Source: Guillardia theta CCMP2712 (lineage: Eukaryota > Protista > Cryptophyta). Taken from it: a DNA stretch of 34,499 nucleotides. The position numbers were made by a program, and so were the translations under genes. Shown here one piece after another: positions 9,821-20,649 of this stretch (positions are counted from its first letter, which is position 1; each line of letters opens with the position of its first letter). The notes below the pieces were generated by a model. It did not search any database and was not told where the DNA came from. It saw only the letters and a program-made list of their open reading frames with translations. Where the stretch lies: NCBI RefSeq assembly GCF_000315625.1, contig NW_005434557.1, positions 1 to 34,499 on the forward strand, read 5' to 3'.

Positions 9821-10415
9821 CGCAACGGAGACTGCAAGGTAGGAGTGAGTACGATTGACTGAACCTCGAGGAGGAGCAAGCAGCAGATCTAGTATGCAGA
9901 CGCACGAGGGATGATCGCTCGTGCGTGAGGAGTCTCGTTTACCCCTGGTGGTTCCCTTACGGTCTATGAAAGAATCGTCAACTGCTGAGATGGTCTGTTG
10001 ACTTCCCTTCTGTGTGTGCAACGAACCTGTATTGTGTTCAATTTGTGATGATTCTCGAATCGACTTCACATCACTTCTCTCCACAAGTTTCAGCAGGACA
10101 GACACAAGCAGGCGGTCGGTAATGACATCACTGGCTCAGTCAGTGGCCATCAAGTTCTGGCATACGGTACGCCGATCGTCATCGTCAGTCCCTCACAGCC
10201 TCCTCCCCCCTCCTCCCCCCTCCTCCCCCCTCCTCCCCCCTCCTCCCCCCTCCTCCCCCCTCCTCGCCCTCCCCGAACGCCCCCACCAGCCCGGATGACT
10301 CATAAGCTCAGTTAAACCATGGGAGCTCTAGAGTGACCTGCAGCAGAAGCTGCCTGTCGTCTAGAAAACCTGGTGAACAAAACATTTTCTTTTTTCTTTT
10401 TCTCTTCTTCTCTTT

Positions 10416-10515
10416 NNNNNNNNNNNNNNNNNNNNNNNNNNNNNNNNNNNNNNNNNNNNNNNNNNNNNNNNNNNNNNNNNNNNNNNNNNNNNNNNNNNNN
10501 NNNNNNNNNNNNNNN
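10416..10515. other. Assembly gap (100 N)
   Basis: Run of N. Confidence 1.
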
Positions 10516-11040
10516 GCTCCTGGGGTTCCGACATGATGGTCATAGTATTTCTATGTTGATGAGCAATTCTTGCCTTTACTATGGCTGCCCCCCACGAGCC
10601 AGGCTGAATCATCATGCTCAGGGCAATCATCAATTTCCTGTCAACAAAAATTTTATGTAATCATTTTCCGCTTCATCAATTTTTCCTTACAATAATCATC
10701 CACATCTTTCAAACTTCACTTTCCATTTTGTAACTTTACCCCACCCCTTTTAAAACCCCCCTTTCAACCTTCCTTTCGTACCCCTTCCGAACACCCACCC
10801 CTCAACACCCACACCCCCTACCCCTTTCACAAGAAGAATTCGCTATCGAACATACCGGTCCTCACTCCAGTGTCACATGATGGGGTCGGTGGCTCAATTC
10901 TGACCCCCCGCCCGTTCGATCGGAGCCGCCTCGTTCATTTTACTAGTCGGGCGCTGACATCGGAGTTGACTAATAATTGGTACGAATGAGCAGTAACGGT
11001 AGCTACCTTATATTCTTTTACCAGAAGGTAATATTTTTCG

Positions 11041-11310
11041 GAATCGTCTTCTCATCTCTTCAAAAATCTCCCTAACATTTCAAAGCTCCTTTCAAACCAA
11101 AGATGGAGCAGTGCCTCATGTTTCGCGGGAAGTCAATTCTTTTCAAACCCTCCCTCTCTCTCTTCAAAGTTAGCCCGAGCATTTCAAAACACACGGTCAA
11201 CTTCAACGCAAGCTCTCGTGAGGCGGATTTGAACCCACTTCAAGATACTCATCTCACCATTACAAATTTTGCACAGCATCTTCAAGAATATCAACTTCCC
11301 TCCAAAGTTG
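11041..11310 (+). repeat. Third copy of the TTCAAA-rich upstream element
   Basis: Near-identical to 2986-3255. Confidence 0.9.
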
Positions 11311-11369
11311 TAGAAAAAAAAACCAAGAGTATAAAACCCGACTGACCACGCAGCCGACGCTCCATCGCG

Positions 11370-12174
11370 ATGCTCTTCAGATCCTTCCTCTGCCTCACCC
11401 TCGTGGCGGCTACTGCTGCTACCACATGCTACATCTCTGAGAAGAAGGCCACCAACGGTAGCTCCCTCCCTCCTGTCTCTCAGGCTCTTCTGCTTCTTGA
11501 GTCCTTCTCGTGCTTGTCCTTATCCTCCTCGTCCTCTTGCTCCTCCTCCTCATCGTCCTCTTGGTGTCGTATCGGGTTGTAGATCTTCTTCACCGTGTAA
11601 GTGATTCACAGATGCTTGTGCTGACCTATGACGCAGGCGGATGCCCCGAGACGACTTTCAAGTACGGAAGCTGCGCGTCGAAAGCTGTGGCTGATGCTGG
11701 CGTCGACGCCTTGATCGCTGCACACAAGCTCGTAGCACCGGCTGACAATGCAGCTTGCAAGGCTAAGATCGACGCACAGTGCGCTGGCGTTGTAAGTCAG
11801 AGAGAAGCTGGCTTGCTTGCCTACAGCCTAGTGACTTGTTTCATGATCGCAGAAGGCAAAGGGATCCGACTGCGCCGCGTACTGTCCGTTGCTTACCACA
11901 GTGACTGGATGCATGACTGACTCGGACTGCACCTCGACGACGACCGTTCCTGTTCCCAAGCCTTGCTGCAGCTCATTGAAAACCGTCAACACCAACTTTT
12001 GCGAATATCCTAGCGCTACTCTCGATGCTGTCATCGCTGGGTTGAAGACTGGCGGCGGTTGTGCGGACACCAACTGCGTTCTCTACTTCAGGAGCCATGG
12101 GCTCAGCACCCATGTCCTTCGCCCATGCTCCTTTCTCGCCGTCGTTGCGAGCTTGACGGCCTTCCAAGATCTGA
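11370..12174 (+). CDS. Secreted Cys-rich surface protein, copy 3 (3' frameshifts probably contig-end errors)
   Basis: Exons 11370-11457, 11637-11791 and 11853-~12174. Several small indels occur only in the last ~140 bp before the N gap. Confidence 0.75.
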
Positions 12175-12218
12175 TGCGAAGCCTCTCGCTTGATCTCAAC
12201 ACGCAATTGTTCCTTGGT

Positions 12219-12686
12219 NNNNNNNNNNNNNNNNNNNNNNNNNNNNNNNNNNNNNNNNNNNNNNNNNNNNNNNNNNNNNNNNNNNNNNNNNNNNNNNNNN
12301 NNNNNNNNNNNNNNNNNNNNNNNNNNNNNNNNNNNNNNNNNNNNNNNNNNNNNNNNNNNNNNNNNNNNNNNNNNNNNNNNNNNNNNNNNNNNNNNNNNNN
12401 NNNNNNNNNNNNNNNNNNNNNNNNNNNNNNNNNNNNNNNNNNNNNNNNNNNNNNNNNNNNNNNNNNNNNNNNNNNNNNNNNNNNNNNNNNNNNNNNNNNN
12501 NNNNNNNNNNNNNNNNNNNNNNNNNNNNNNNNNNNNNNNNNNNNNNNNNNNNNNNNNNNNNNNNNNNNNNNNNNNNNNNNNNNNNNNNNNNNNNNNNNNN
12601 NNNNNNNNNNNNNNNNNNNNNNNNNNNNNNNNNNNNNNNNNNNNNNNNNNNNNNNNNNNNNNNNNNNNNNNNNNNNNNNNNNNNNN
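12219..12686. other. Assembly gap (468 N)
   Basis: Run of N. Confidence 1.
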
Positions 12687-12946
12687 GGTGCAGTTTGGGA
12701 GTAGGCATTTCTTACCTTCCACTCTCCCTCCGGTTTTCCAGGGACAGACCTCCACCTTCCAGCAAGGAATGCACCTCAGAAGACAGACGAAGCAGGACTG
12801 ACAGGAAGAGACGAGAACAAATGCAGAGACCAGCGGGTTGATGGAGGAGGGAGAGGAACCGACGAGGATGGAGAGGGAGGAGGGAGAGGAACCGACGAGG
12901 ACGGAGAGGGAGGAGAGAGAGGGAGGAGCCGAAACAAGCAGCCTAC

Positions 12947-14824
12947 CGGCACATGGATAGCACAGCCCTGGTGTTGGGTGGTCCGAAGATCAGATCCTTC
13001 AGCGCTGACGACCTCATGCCCGATACCTGCCCCAGCATCAGCCTAGCTCCCCAAGCAGCTCATCGCCTTGCCGGCGTATCATCCAGCTTCTGCAAGATGT
13101 CGCCGACAGCAATCTGTCCGTCCTCTGCTGCAGCTCCTCCCTCGTAGACCTACATCCTACACTCATGACAAGGAAAGCACAGGCGGCGGCGGCGCAAGTG
13201 GAGGCGAAGGAGGAGGGAGAAAAGGAAGAGGTGGGGGTTAGGAGAAGGAGGAGGAGGAGGAGGAGGAGGAAGGGGGGGGGAGGGAAGGAGGAGGAGGAAG
13301 AGGAGGAGGAGGAGGAGACCTCAGTGACCATAAAGTCTCCATGCTGATTCTTCTTAATTCCAATGCCTGCTCACACGCTCAGCCACTTGCCAGCTCTGCG
13401 GGTCTGCTTCCTCACCGACTCCGACACCTTCGCCCTTGTACGCCGCTGCGGCTGCTGCAGCTGGGGGGGATCGAGCAGCAGCAGCTTGTGCGGGTGTCGA
13501 CTTGGTGAACGAGACGCTACGCGCTGGTCACGCTACACACTCGAACTGAGGAGAGGACAAACCTTCCCATCAGGTTGGTCAGGGAGGACAGCGACGAAGA
13601 GAGCTTTGCTGACGCATCTCCTGCCGTAGCGCTGAACGAATGTCTCGTCAGGTGGAGACGGGATGGCGCGAAAGAAGCTGAGACCTGAGGGAAGAGATGG
13701 AGGAGGACGCCAGCCCTCCGATGTCACCGAGCGCGCTGAAGAGGGAGGAAGACTTCTTCTGCTCTGGTTCCGTGTGAACGCCCTTGAGGGGTCGACGAGT
13801 GATGACTGCGGTCTTCAGCTCTCCTTCCTCCGTTTGCAACTGCATCATCCCCTGTCAGTGCCTCCTCCTCCCCCTCCTGATCACAGCTCCCCATCATCCT
13901 CCCCCCACTCCTCCATCTCCTCAAGGCCTCCTCCTCCTCCCTTTCCCCTGGCCCTTGCTCTCCCCAATCCCTCCCCTCCCTCCTGCTCCTCCTCCGAGTC
14001 CGCAAGGTCACCTCGAGCGTGACCGTCGTCCCCTCCCTTCCTTTGATGTGAGACACGAGGTCTTTCATGCTCATGTCGATCAGCGACAGGCCGTTGCAAG
14101 ACAGCAGTATGTCTCCTACTTGCAGCTGGCCTGACTCTGCTGCTGGCCCTCCCGGCACCAGCTTCGTCACCACGAAGTTTGCACTCTCATCGAGGGTGAA
14201 GCCCACACCGATCCCCACGTCCGAGGCTGCGCTGCTCTTGCTCTGTCCGCTCTTGAGGCTTATGGCTCCCAACAGGCTCGACGAGGCCGCGTTCAGGATA
14301 GAGGATGAGGCAGCGATTGTGCTCGAGAGGAGGCTTGCTTCGCTCTCCTTCGCCACGGGCTCTCCTTGCGCCACACGCACGAGGGAGACATCATGGAGGC
14401 TACCTTCAGGTCCTCGCTGCAGGAGGAGCTTCACCTCGCTTCCGTCAGGCCCTCTCAGCTCCTGCGTCAGAGCTGTTGTACTCAGAGGTCCTACTGGCCG
14501 CTCGTCGACCTCTAGGATGATGTCGTTCTCGAAGACCAGCCCGCTAAGACGCGCAGGCCAGCCATCCTTGAGCTTCTTCACCATGTGGTTACCTAGCTTA
14601 TCTCGACCCAGCCCGATTCCGATCCCAGCATTCTTAGTCACATCTACCACACAGCTTCCGTCGATGCTCGCACCTCCTCGGAGACGAATGTTGCCATGAT
14701 GCGCTTGCATCGCACAACCAAGCGAGCAAGTATGGGGTACATTACAACCGTTCGAGCCTCCGACCCAGTAGATCGCCAGCAGCACGCACAAGATCGTCTT
14801 CCGGACGTAGAGAGCGGGAAGCAT
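12947..14824 (-). CDS. Signal peptide + RLRGG protein with three PDZ domains (3' end unresolved near the gap)
   Basis: Exon 1 has a hydrophobic N-terminus and RLRGG at aa 47-51. PDZ1: GIGIGL...WPARLSGLVFENDIILEVD...LRGPDGSEVKL. PDZ2: GIGVGF...GPAAESGQLQVGDILLSCNG...IKGREGTTVTLE. Downstream exons assemble PDZ3: GVGIGIKKNQHGDFMVTE/VYEGGAAAEDGQIAVGDILQKLDDTP/VSGMRSSALKDLIFGPPNTRAVLSMCR. Confidence 0.85.
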
Positions 14825-16020
14825 CTCCGAGGATACTCCAGCCTCAGTCCGTCTGCAGCGCTTGACCTCGGCCTTGCGGTCTCTGAGCGACGTCTCCTGA
14901 CTTGGGACTGCTGCTCGGGGTAGAGCAACCAGCTATCCGCTCCTCGTCCTCTGTCTCGTCTCACCGCCTCCTCCCCTGCTCTGATTGCTGTCTTCCTCTC
15001 CTGCGGCCGCCCCTCCCGCACGAGAAATGCAAATCAATAAAAAATATAGATCGTTTGTGCTCGAACCCATGTTGTCCCACCCTTGGCGCGATTATTTAAT
15101 ATCTGATATATGAAATATCACATGACTGAACCACATGTTCTCAGGCTTTCCCTCGATCTATAAATTTTATTGAGTTTTATTGCATTGGATTTCGCCTTTC
15201 CAATGGAGGGGTAGTGCAATTGGGAAATAGGGGGTAGAGGCTGACCCCGTGATTTCAGGACCCCTCATTTTACCATTATAAGTACCCCCGTGGGATATTC
15301 CACCCCCTACCCCACATTTTGACTCAACCAACGTCGATCAACACTAACCCTACCCCTCATATTCCGCTGCTCGTACCCCACCTTTATAAGGCCCCGGTTC
15401 CAGTACCTCAACAACCCCTACCCCCATCCTCGAGTCAACAAACTTGCGATGGTCATTCCGGACGAGTTGCGCCTGAGGAGCGGCTATGAGCAGCAAGTGG
15501 AAGAAACATGCAAGGGGACAGGCAGAGGTCTCTTAGGTCTGAGGAGCAGGGAAGGAAGAGCAAGCCTGGCAAGGGAGCTCGTCCAAGTGGTCTTTAGTAA
15601 CTTCGGGCCGCCTGTCAGACTGAGACCGGGGGCAGTGCCGCTGCCGCACAGGCTCAGACTGATTGGACCCGGCAGCACCGGAATGGCAACGCAGAAGCGT
15701 GAAACTCCTGGCCCAGTGGCCTGCATAGTGGAAGCAGCCTAGACAGGAGAGAAGAAGGCATATCCGATAGGGGAGGGAGGGGCTAGGTGAGGCTTTCAGT
15801 CACGGGCTGTGAGTTGGGGAGGGGGAGGAAGCAACTTGTAGGGACTGAGTGAAAGTGAAGAGCTAAGAGTTCCGCTGGCTTCTAGAGCCTCGGCTAGGAC
15901 GTGCGTGAAGTTTCGGAGAGGTGTATAGGGTTGAGATATAAGTGTCATAGAGCAAACTTGAAAGTCATGACCAGTCTCACATAAAGTCGAGATGTGCTGA
16001 TTGATGATGGTCCAGAGGAG

Positions 16021-17332
16021 ATGGCAAGATCAGGCGGCTCGCTATCTGGGTTGTGCTACAGCGAAAACTTTCCACTTGATGAAAACTTGTTTCAACCTTG
16101 CTTCTGCTTCGATGACAGGACGTTGTTTCGAGACCTCAAGTCGTCATGTTGCGATGACGTTATGATCTATGGAAGTACACGGGGTTCCTCAAAAGAGTTC
16201 GTCTGTTTCGACGTGATACAGCAGCCCTCGCACACAAGGGATGTGGTGTCAGAATTTTCAGCTCATGATGCTGTGGACGGCGATAAAAGTCTGGTCACGG
16301 GTGGGCTGATGTATTCTTCCCTTTACAGCCATCACAGCTCTCCCCAGTACTTCACAAAGTTCGCCAACCTGTCGGAATCCCTGGACCTCCTACAGAAGCT
16401 GCAGTTTCCCTCCCACCTCCCCGACCGACGCCTTCCGCAAGCCATCCACCATCATCCCCGCGCTGAATTCCCTCCGAAAGACTCTCACACCCACCCGAGG
16501 AAAGAGCACAAGAAGCCCCCCTCGCCGGATCGCTTCGCGTCGCACAAGGAGGTCAAGCTAGTCGCCCCGAGGTCGTTGATATCCGACGATCGGCTCCTGC
16601 TCGAGGTGAGAGTTTGAAGCATGTCGAACTGTCGATGAAGCACGGTGAATGCTCCAGGAGTACAAGGTCAGGAGAGAGAAAGAGAGGATGAAGCGGTGGA
16701 GGGAGAAAACGCAGGACGAGCATTGTCTCCGAGAAGGGGTGACTGCTGCTGTGAGGTCCCCTGACTCCTCTTCCTCTCGGGAGCGTTGACTCACATGCTG
16801 CGCAGGTCTCGCTTCGCAGAGCAAGCTTGTCTCCGTCCCATGAATGTACGGCACTCCTGATGCATGACGATCGTTTCCTCTCACCCTGGTGACGTTCAGG
16901 GGCGCGTCAGGTCGGCAGGGGTACCGGATGACGTCTGTCCTCCAAACTGCACCTGTGATATCTGCGAGAGGAAGGTGAAGAATTGCCTCGACGTATGCAG
17001 CTGCCACCTCCCTCGCCTCCTCTGACGTGCCAGCAGGACGCGGTCTGCAGGTATGAGATGGATCACATGCTGGACTCATAACGTCACGGGATCCATCATT
17101 CGTTGCTAGCTGACCAGTCAAGAAAGACGCGCTCCTGTCCTCCCTACTTGCTCTCAGTCTTGTTCTTCCATCAACACCTGCCGCTGCTTCACCCCTCTTG
17201 TCAGAGATCCAGCAAGACGAAACGTCACGAACTGTTGTCGCAGAAACGATCCTTTATCCTGCTCACCTCTCTCTCCCCTTAGCCGTCTATAGCGTCTCCT
17301 ACTTCTCCTCCTCCTCCTCCTCCCTGAACTAG
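16021..17332 (+). CDS. Hypothetical multi-exon protein
   Basis: ~195-codon first exon (MARSGGSLSGLCYSENF...LLLE|gtgaga), several short intron-like segments, last exon KDALLSSLL...SSSLN*. Internal exons not resolved. Confidence 0.45.
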
Positions 17333-17513
17333 ATCCCTCCTTCCCACTCGTTACTATCCTCCTACATTTCCCCTGTAGCTTTCATCGGGCGGATTTCAAG
17401 GCCGAGAACGAAACCGGTGGGGTACATCAAGTACCGGTCCTAAAGCGTTATGTTCATAGTGATTGTTTAGGGTCTAGGCAAAGGGGGTAGGGGTGGAGGG
17501 GTAGGAAACGAAA

Positions 17514-19277
17514 ATGAGGATCTTGGCAGTCCTCATGGCGATGGTGGCGAAGGAGGAAGGTGAGAGGGAGGGAGAAACAGGGAGAGGAAGTGAAGAGGAA
17601 GATGAGAGGGAGGAGGGAGGGATGGGGAGACAGATGCGGTGAAGGGGGGGAGAAGGAAGGAGAGCAAGAGGGGCCAGACGGCGAGGGGGGGGAAGGGAAG
17701 GAGGGAAGGTTAGGAGAGGGAGGGAGAGGATACCGAGTCGCACGATACAGAGAGGGATGAAGAACATCAAGCAGACAGCGAGCGGTAGGAGGGGGCAGGG
17801 AAGGTTGGGAGTGGAGGAGATGAAACAGAATACCATATGATTAAGACGGGCAGATCTTGTGGCCTTGAGCTCACCTTGAACTCTGATCAATCAGATTTTT
17901 CGTCTGGCCATCTGTTTTTGCGCGGAGGAGAACGAGGAGGACGGGGTGCGGGAGGAAGAGCAGGCGGGTTTTCCTTGTTTCCTCGGTACAGTAACATGCT
18001 TACTGAGCAAGTTGATGGTAAGCACGAGATTATCGCACCTCATTCTTCCCATTCCTCCTCGCTCCTCTCCGACATCTCTCAGCCTGCTCTCCTTGTTGTG
18101 CCGTCTACCTACTTTCTCCCTTCTTCTTACATCCTACCTGCCTAGAAAACAGCATCTACACCGGAGGCCTCAGCAGCGTGTCGATGGCCAACTTCAAGAT
18201 CGACGGGAAACCAGTGTCCATGGTGTTCGAGACTCAAAACATCTCCCATGGCGAGACGGCCCTTGTGGTAGGAGGAGCTAGCCCCTTCCCTCTCATCAAG
18301 GGAGTAGACAAGTCGTCCAACGCAATCGTGAGCAGAAAGAAAGCCGTCTACTTCGAGCAGAACAGAAAGGGAAAGTGGATCACCGTTGCCGTCCCTGTGG
18401 GTATGACGAAGCAACAGCTGATGAAGTTGGAGGAATTCTTGTCTTGATCTTGATGACACCATGGCACCGCAGGAAGATCGAGAAGGAGAAGCAGTTCCTT
18501 CAGGGTCTGCCGGACGATCAGGTGCGAACCTCGGCGTGCTGGAGGGACGTTGTTGAGAGGGCCCGCAGCGAAAGCAAATGGAGGAGGAGCGGAATACTGC
18601 GATGATGGATGCTCGATCACAAGGATATCAGGTGAGCACGAGGCATCTCAGGGGACGGGGTGTGAGGGAGGGGCATTGTATCAGGTGTTCTGTGCGGAGA
18701 ACAACGTCATCGAGAAGAAGATTAAGAAGCAGAAGAAAGAGTCTGAGAGGAAGAAGAGGAGATACCATGAGAAGATTTACAAGCAGCTGTAAGACCTTCT
18801 GTTCGACCTGTCCCGACGATCGACCTCCCTTGTTATCCACTGCTTCCTCACTCCTCCAGCTGACAGACCTGCTGCCTCGTTACTCCGCCTCAAGTAACTT
18901 TCCGACACTGCCAGGCTCGACAAGGAAACGAGGAAGCTGGAGGCTCGCCAGAGGCTGAAGGAGCGGCGAGCCAACAAGGGGAAGAAAAAGTCGAAAACGT
19001 TGAGCAAGATTCGCAAGACGTCATCCGGGGGAACACGACGAGCAAGGAGGACAGGTGGGTAGTGTAGGTAGCAGAGGAGGGGAGGGAAGAGAGGGAAAGA
19101 TCCTGGAGCAGGAAGAGATAGAGGGAACGAGGGAAGTAAAAAAGCTGGAGGGGTGGGGGTGGTGGTGGTGAAGGAGGAGGAGGGAGGAGGTGAAGGAGGA
19201 GGAGGAGGTGGTGGTGGAGGGCCCAATGAAATGCTTTGCGCTCATGGTTCTTTCTAGGTCGACATCGAAGGAGATAA
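17514..19277 (+). CDS. Hypothetical highly basic coiled-coil protein with short hydrophobic leader + LRGG
   Basis: Spliced model: MRILAVLMAMVAKEE|DFSSGHLFLRGG...MLTEQVD|ENSIY...VPVGMTKQQLMK|KIEKEKQFLQGLPDDQ|RKQMEEERN...YQ|VFCAENNVIEKKIKKQKKESERKKRRYHEKIYKQL|LDKETRK...RRARRT|GRHRRR*. All junctions GT-AG and in phase. Confidence 0.65.
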
Positions 19278-19292
19278 CGATTTCCGAACGTG

Positions 19293-19345
19293 GGGGAATA
19301 TCAGGGGAATATCAGCAGGGAATATCAGCAGGGAATATCAGCAGA
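19293..19345. repeat. ~13-bp tandem repeat gggaatatcagca, about 4 copies
   Basis: Directly visible between the stops of two convergent genes. Confidence 0.85.
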
Positions 19346-19430
19346 AGAGGCAAGAAGGGGGGTGGAGGGAGGGAGGGAGGGAGGGAGGAAGAGTGCGGTT
19401 TCAGAACGCCCTGTAAATATGAATGCAATT

Positions 19431-20378
19431 CTAACGAGAAGGTTGAAAGATTTGATGCTCCTCCCCCCGAGAAGACAACCACCATCGCTCCTTCCTCTTC
19501 TCCTCCTCCATCGCCTCCTGCGTCAGAATGCGCTCCTCACCATCCCTGATCTTGAGCACCCGCCTCACTGTCAGTGAGATCCTCCTCCCTCTCTCTACAG
19601 CCGTTCCCACACAGTAATCGTCACCGAGCACATGCAAGTTACATGTGTGGTGCTCGATGTTGTCTGCTCCTCTCTCGACTATCCCGTGCCAGTGGCTCTC
19701 GTATGCCTCCTCATTGAACACCAGCAGGCTGTTGGACAAGCACAGGACTGACGCGACTGCCTCCCCGCACTTGGTCGCATGCAGGCTCGGCCAAAACTGA
19801 AGGAGCGCGGGGCCATCGAGGGAGAGGATGGCGACTAGGGGCATGTAGAGGGGACCGTCCTGGTGAGGAGCAATGCCCTGACCCCTCGCGTACTCGTTGA
19901 GCAGGACATGATTCGGTCGTTCTTCCTCCTTGAACACACCCGCCTGCACCAGCGCGTCCATCACCGCATGTATGAACTGCGGGACCTCCGACGGGATCAT
20001 GCCATCCGGGTGCGGAGTTCCGCCATGGTTCTGCAGTCGCCTGCGCTTGAGGTTCGCCCATGAGCTCTCAGGCATCATGCTCACCCTCCTCAAGATCGCC
20101 GCCCCCTCCTCCTCCGTGAGGAAGTTCGGGATGTAGAACAAGCTGGCAAGCCCTCCGACTCTGAACTTGTCCAGCTCCATCGGCTCTCGTCGTGCAAGGC
20201 TCACAGGCAGGTCCTCCAGCTCCTGCCATGTCGGCGATGGCGTTGGGATCCCTGGAGTACACTTCCTGCTGCCGTCAGCCTCGCCTTCCACTCCATTCTC
20301 CTCGCCTTTCCTCAGCTGCTGGAGGGCCTTCTTCTTTTCTGCCTCAAGCAGAGCCTTGAAGTCAATTGCGGTCGCCAT
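19431..20378 (-). CDS. ALKBH6: 2OG-Fe(II) dioxygenase, AlkB homolog 6
   Basis: Intronless 315 aa. Motifs FYIPNFLTEEE, W-xx-LKRRRLQNHGG-x-PHP-x-GMI, PNHVLLNEY-xx-GQGI-x-PHQDGPLY (HxD), HGI (distal His) and RISLTVRRV (2OG-binding Arg). Confidence 0.93.
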   Translation of the reverse strand: MATAIDFKALLEAEKKKALQQLRKGEENGVEGEADGSRKCTPGIPTPSPTWQELEDLPVSLARREPMELDKFRVGGLASLFYIPNFLTEEEGAAILRRVSMMPESSWANLKRRRLQNHGGTPHPDGMIPSEVPQFIHAVMDALVQAGVFKEEERPNHVLLNEYARGQGIAPHQDGPLYMPLVAILSLDGPALLQFWPSLHATKCGEAVASVLCLSNSLLVFNEEAYESHWHGIVERGADNIEHHTCNLHVLGDDYCVGTAVERGRRISLTVRRVLKIRDGEERILTQEAMEEEKRKERWWLSSRGEEHQIFQPSR

Positions 20379-20649
20379 GTCTCTAACAGTCCAGCATGCA
20401 AAGAGCTACTGCTAGCCCCTGTTCCAAACCCTGGTCAGATCCACATACGTTCCCCTCTCACAATGTGCGATACTTTAGAAGACCAACGTCCTAGATCGAT
20501 CATGTCATGAAGATCTCCCCCCCCCCACCCTCCAAGTATCGCACATTGTGCGAGGGGAACGTCTGTGGATCTGACCAGCGTTTGGAACAGGGGCTAGCAG
20601 TAGCTCCTTGCATGTCGGACTGTCTACAGACATGGCGACCGCACTTGAC
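20361..20649. repeat. Imperfect inverted repeat, ~115-bp arms (20361-20475 / 20534-20649), ~58-bp spacer
   Basis: For example gagctactgctagcccctgttccaaac pairs with gtttggaacaggggctagcagtagctc, and cacaatgtgcgatactt with aagtatcgcacattgtg. Confidence 0.95.

Larger units (their letters stand above)
3284..10078. repeat. Tandem segmental duplication: 3284-6492 vs 7217-10078, with a third partial copy at 11041-12218
   Basis: Near-identical sequence through the gene and the downstream ~2 kb. ATGs are 3927 and ~4128 bp apart. Confidence 0.95.

Noticed and set aside
12075-12218. Copy 3 as a frameshifted pseudogene
   Set aside because: Indels occur only next to the N gap, as expected for low-quality read ends; cannot be called without resequencing.
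11889-12801. Long ORFs spanning the gap
   Set aside because: Produced by translating through N runs.
15449-15742. 97-aa plus-strand ORF in the divergent intergenic region
   Set aside because: No recognisable motif or splice support; could be UTR or repeat-derived.
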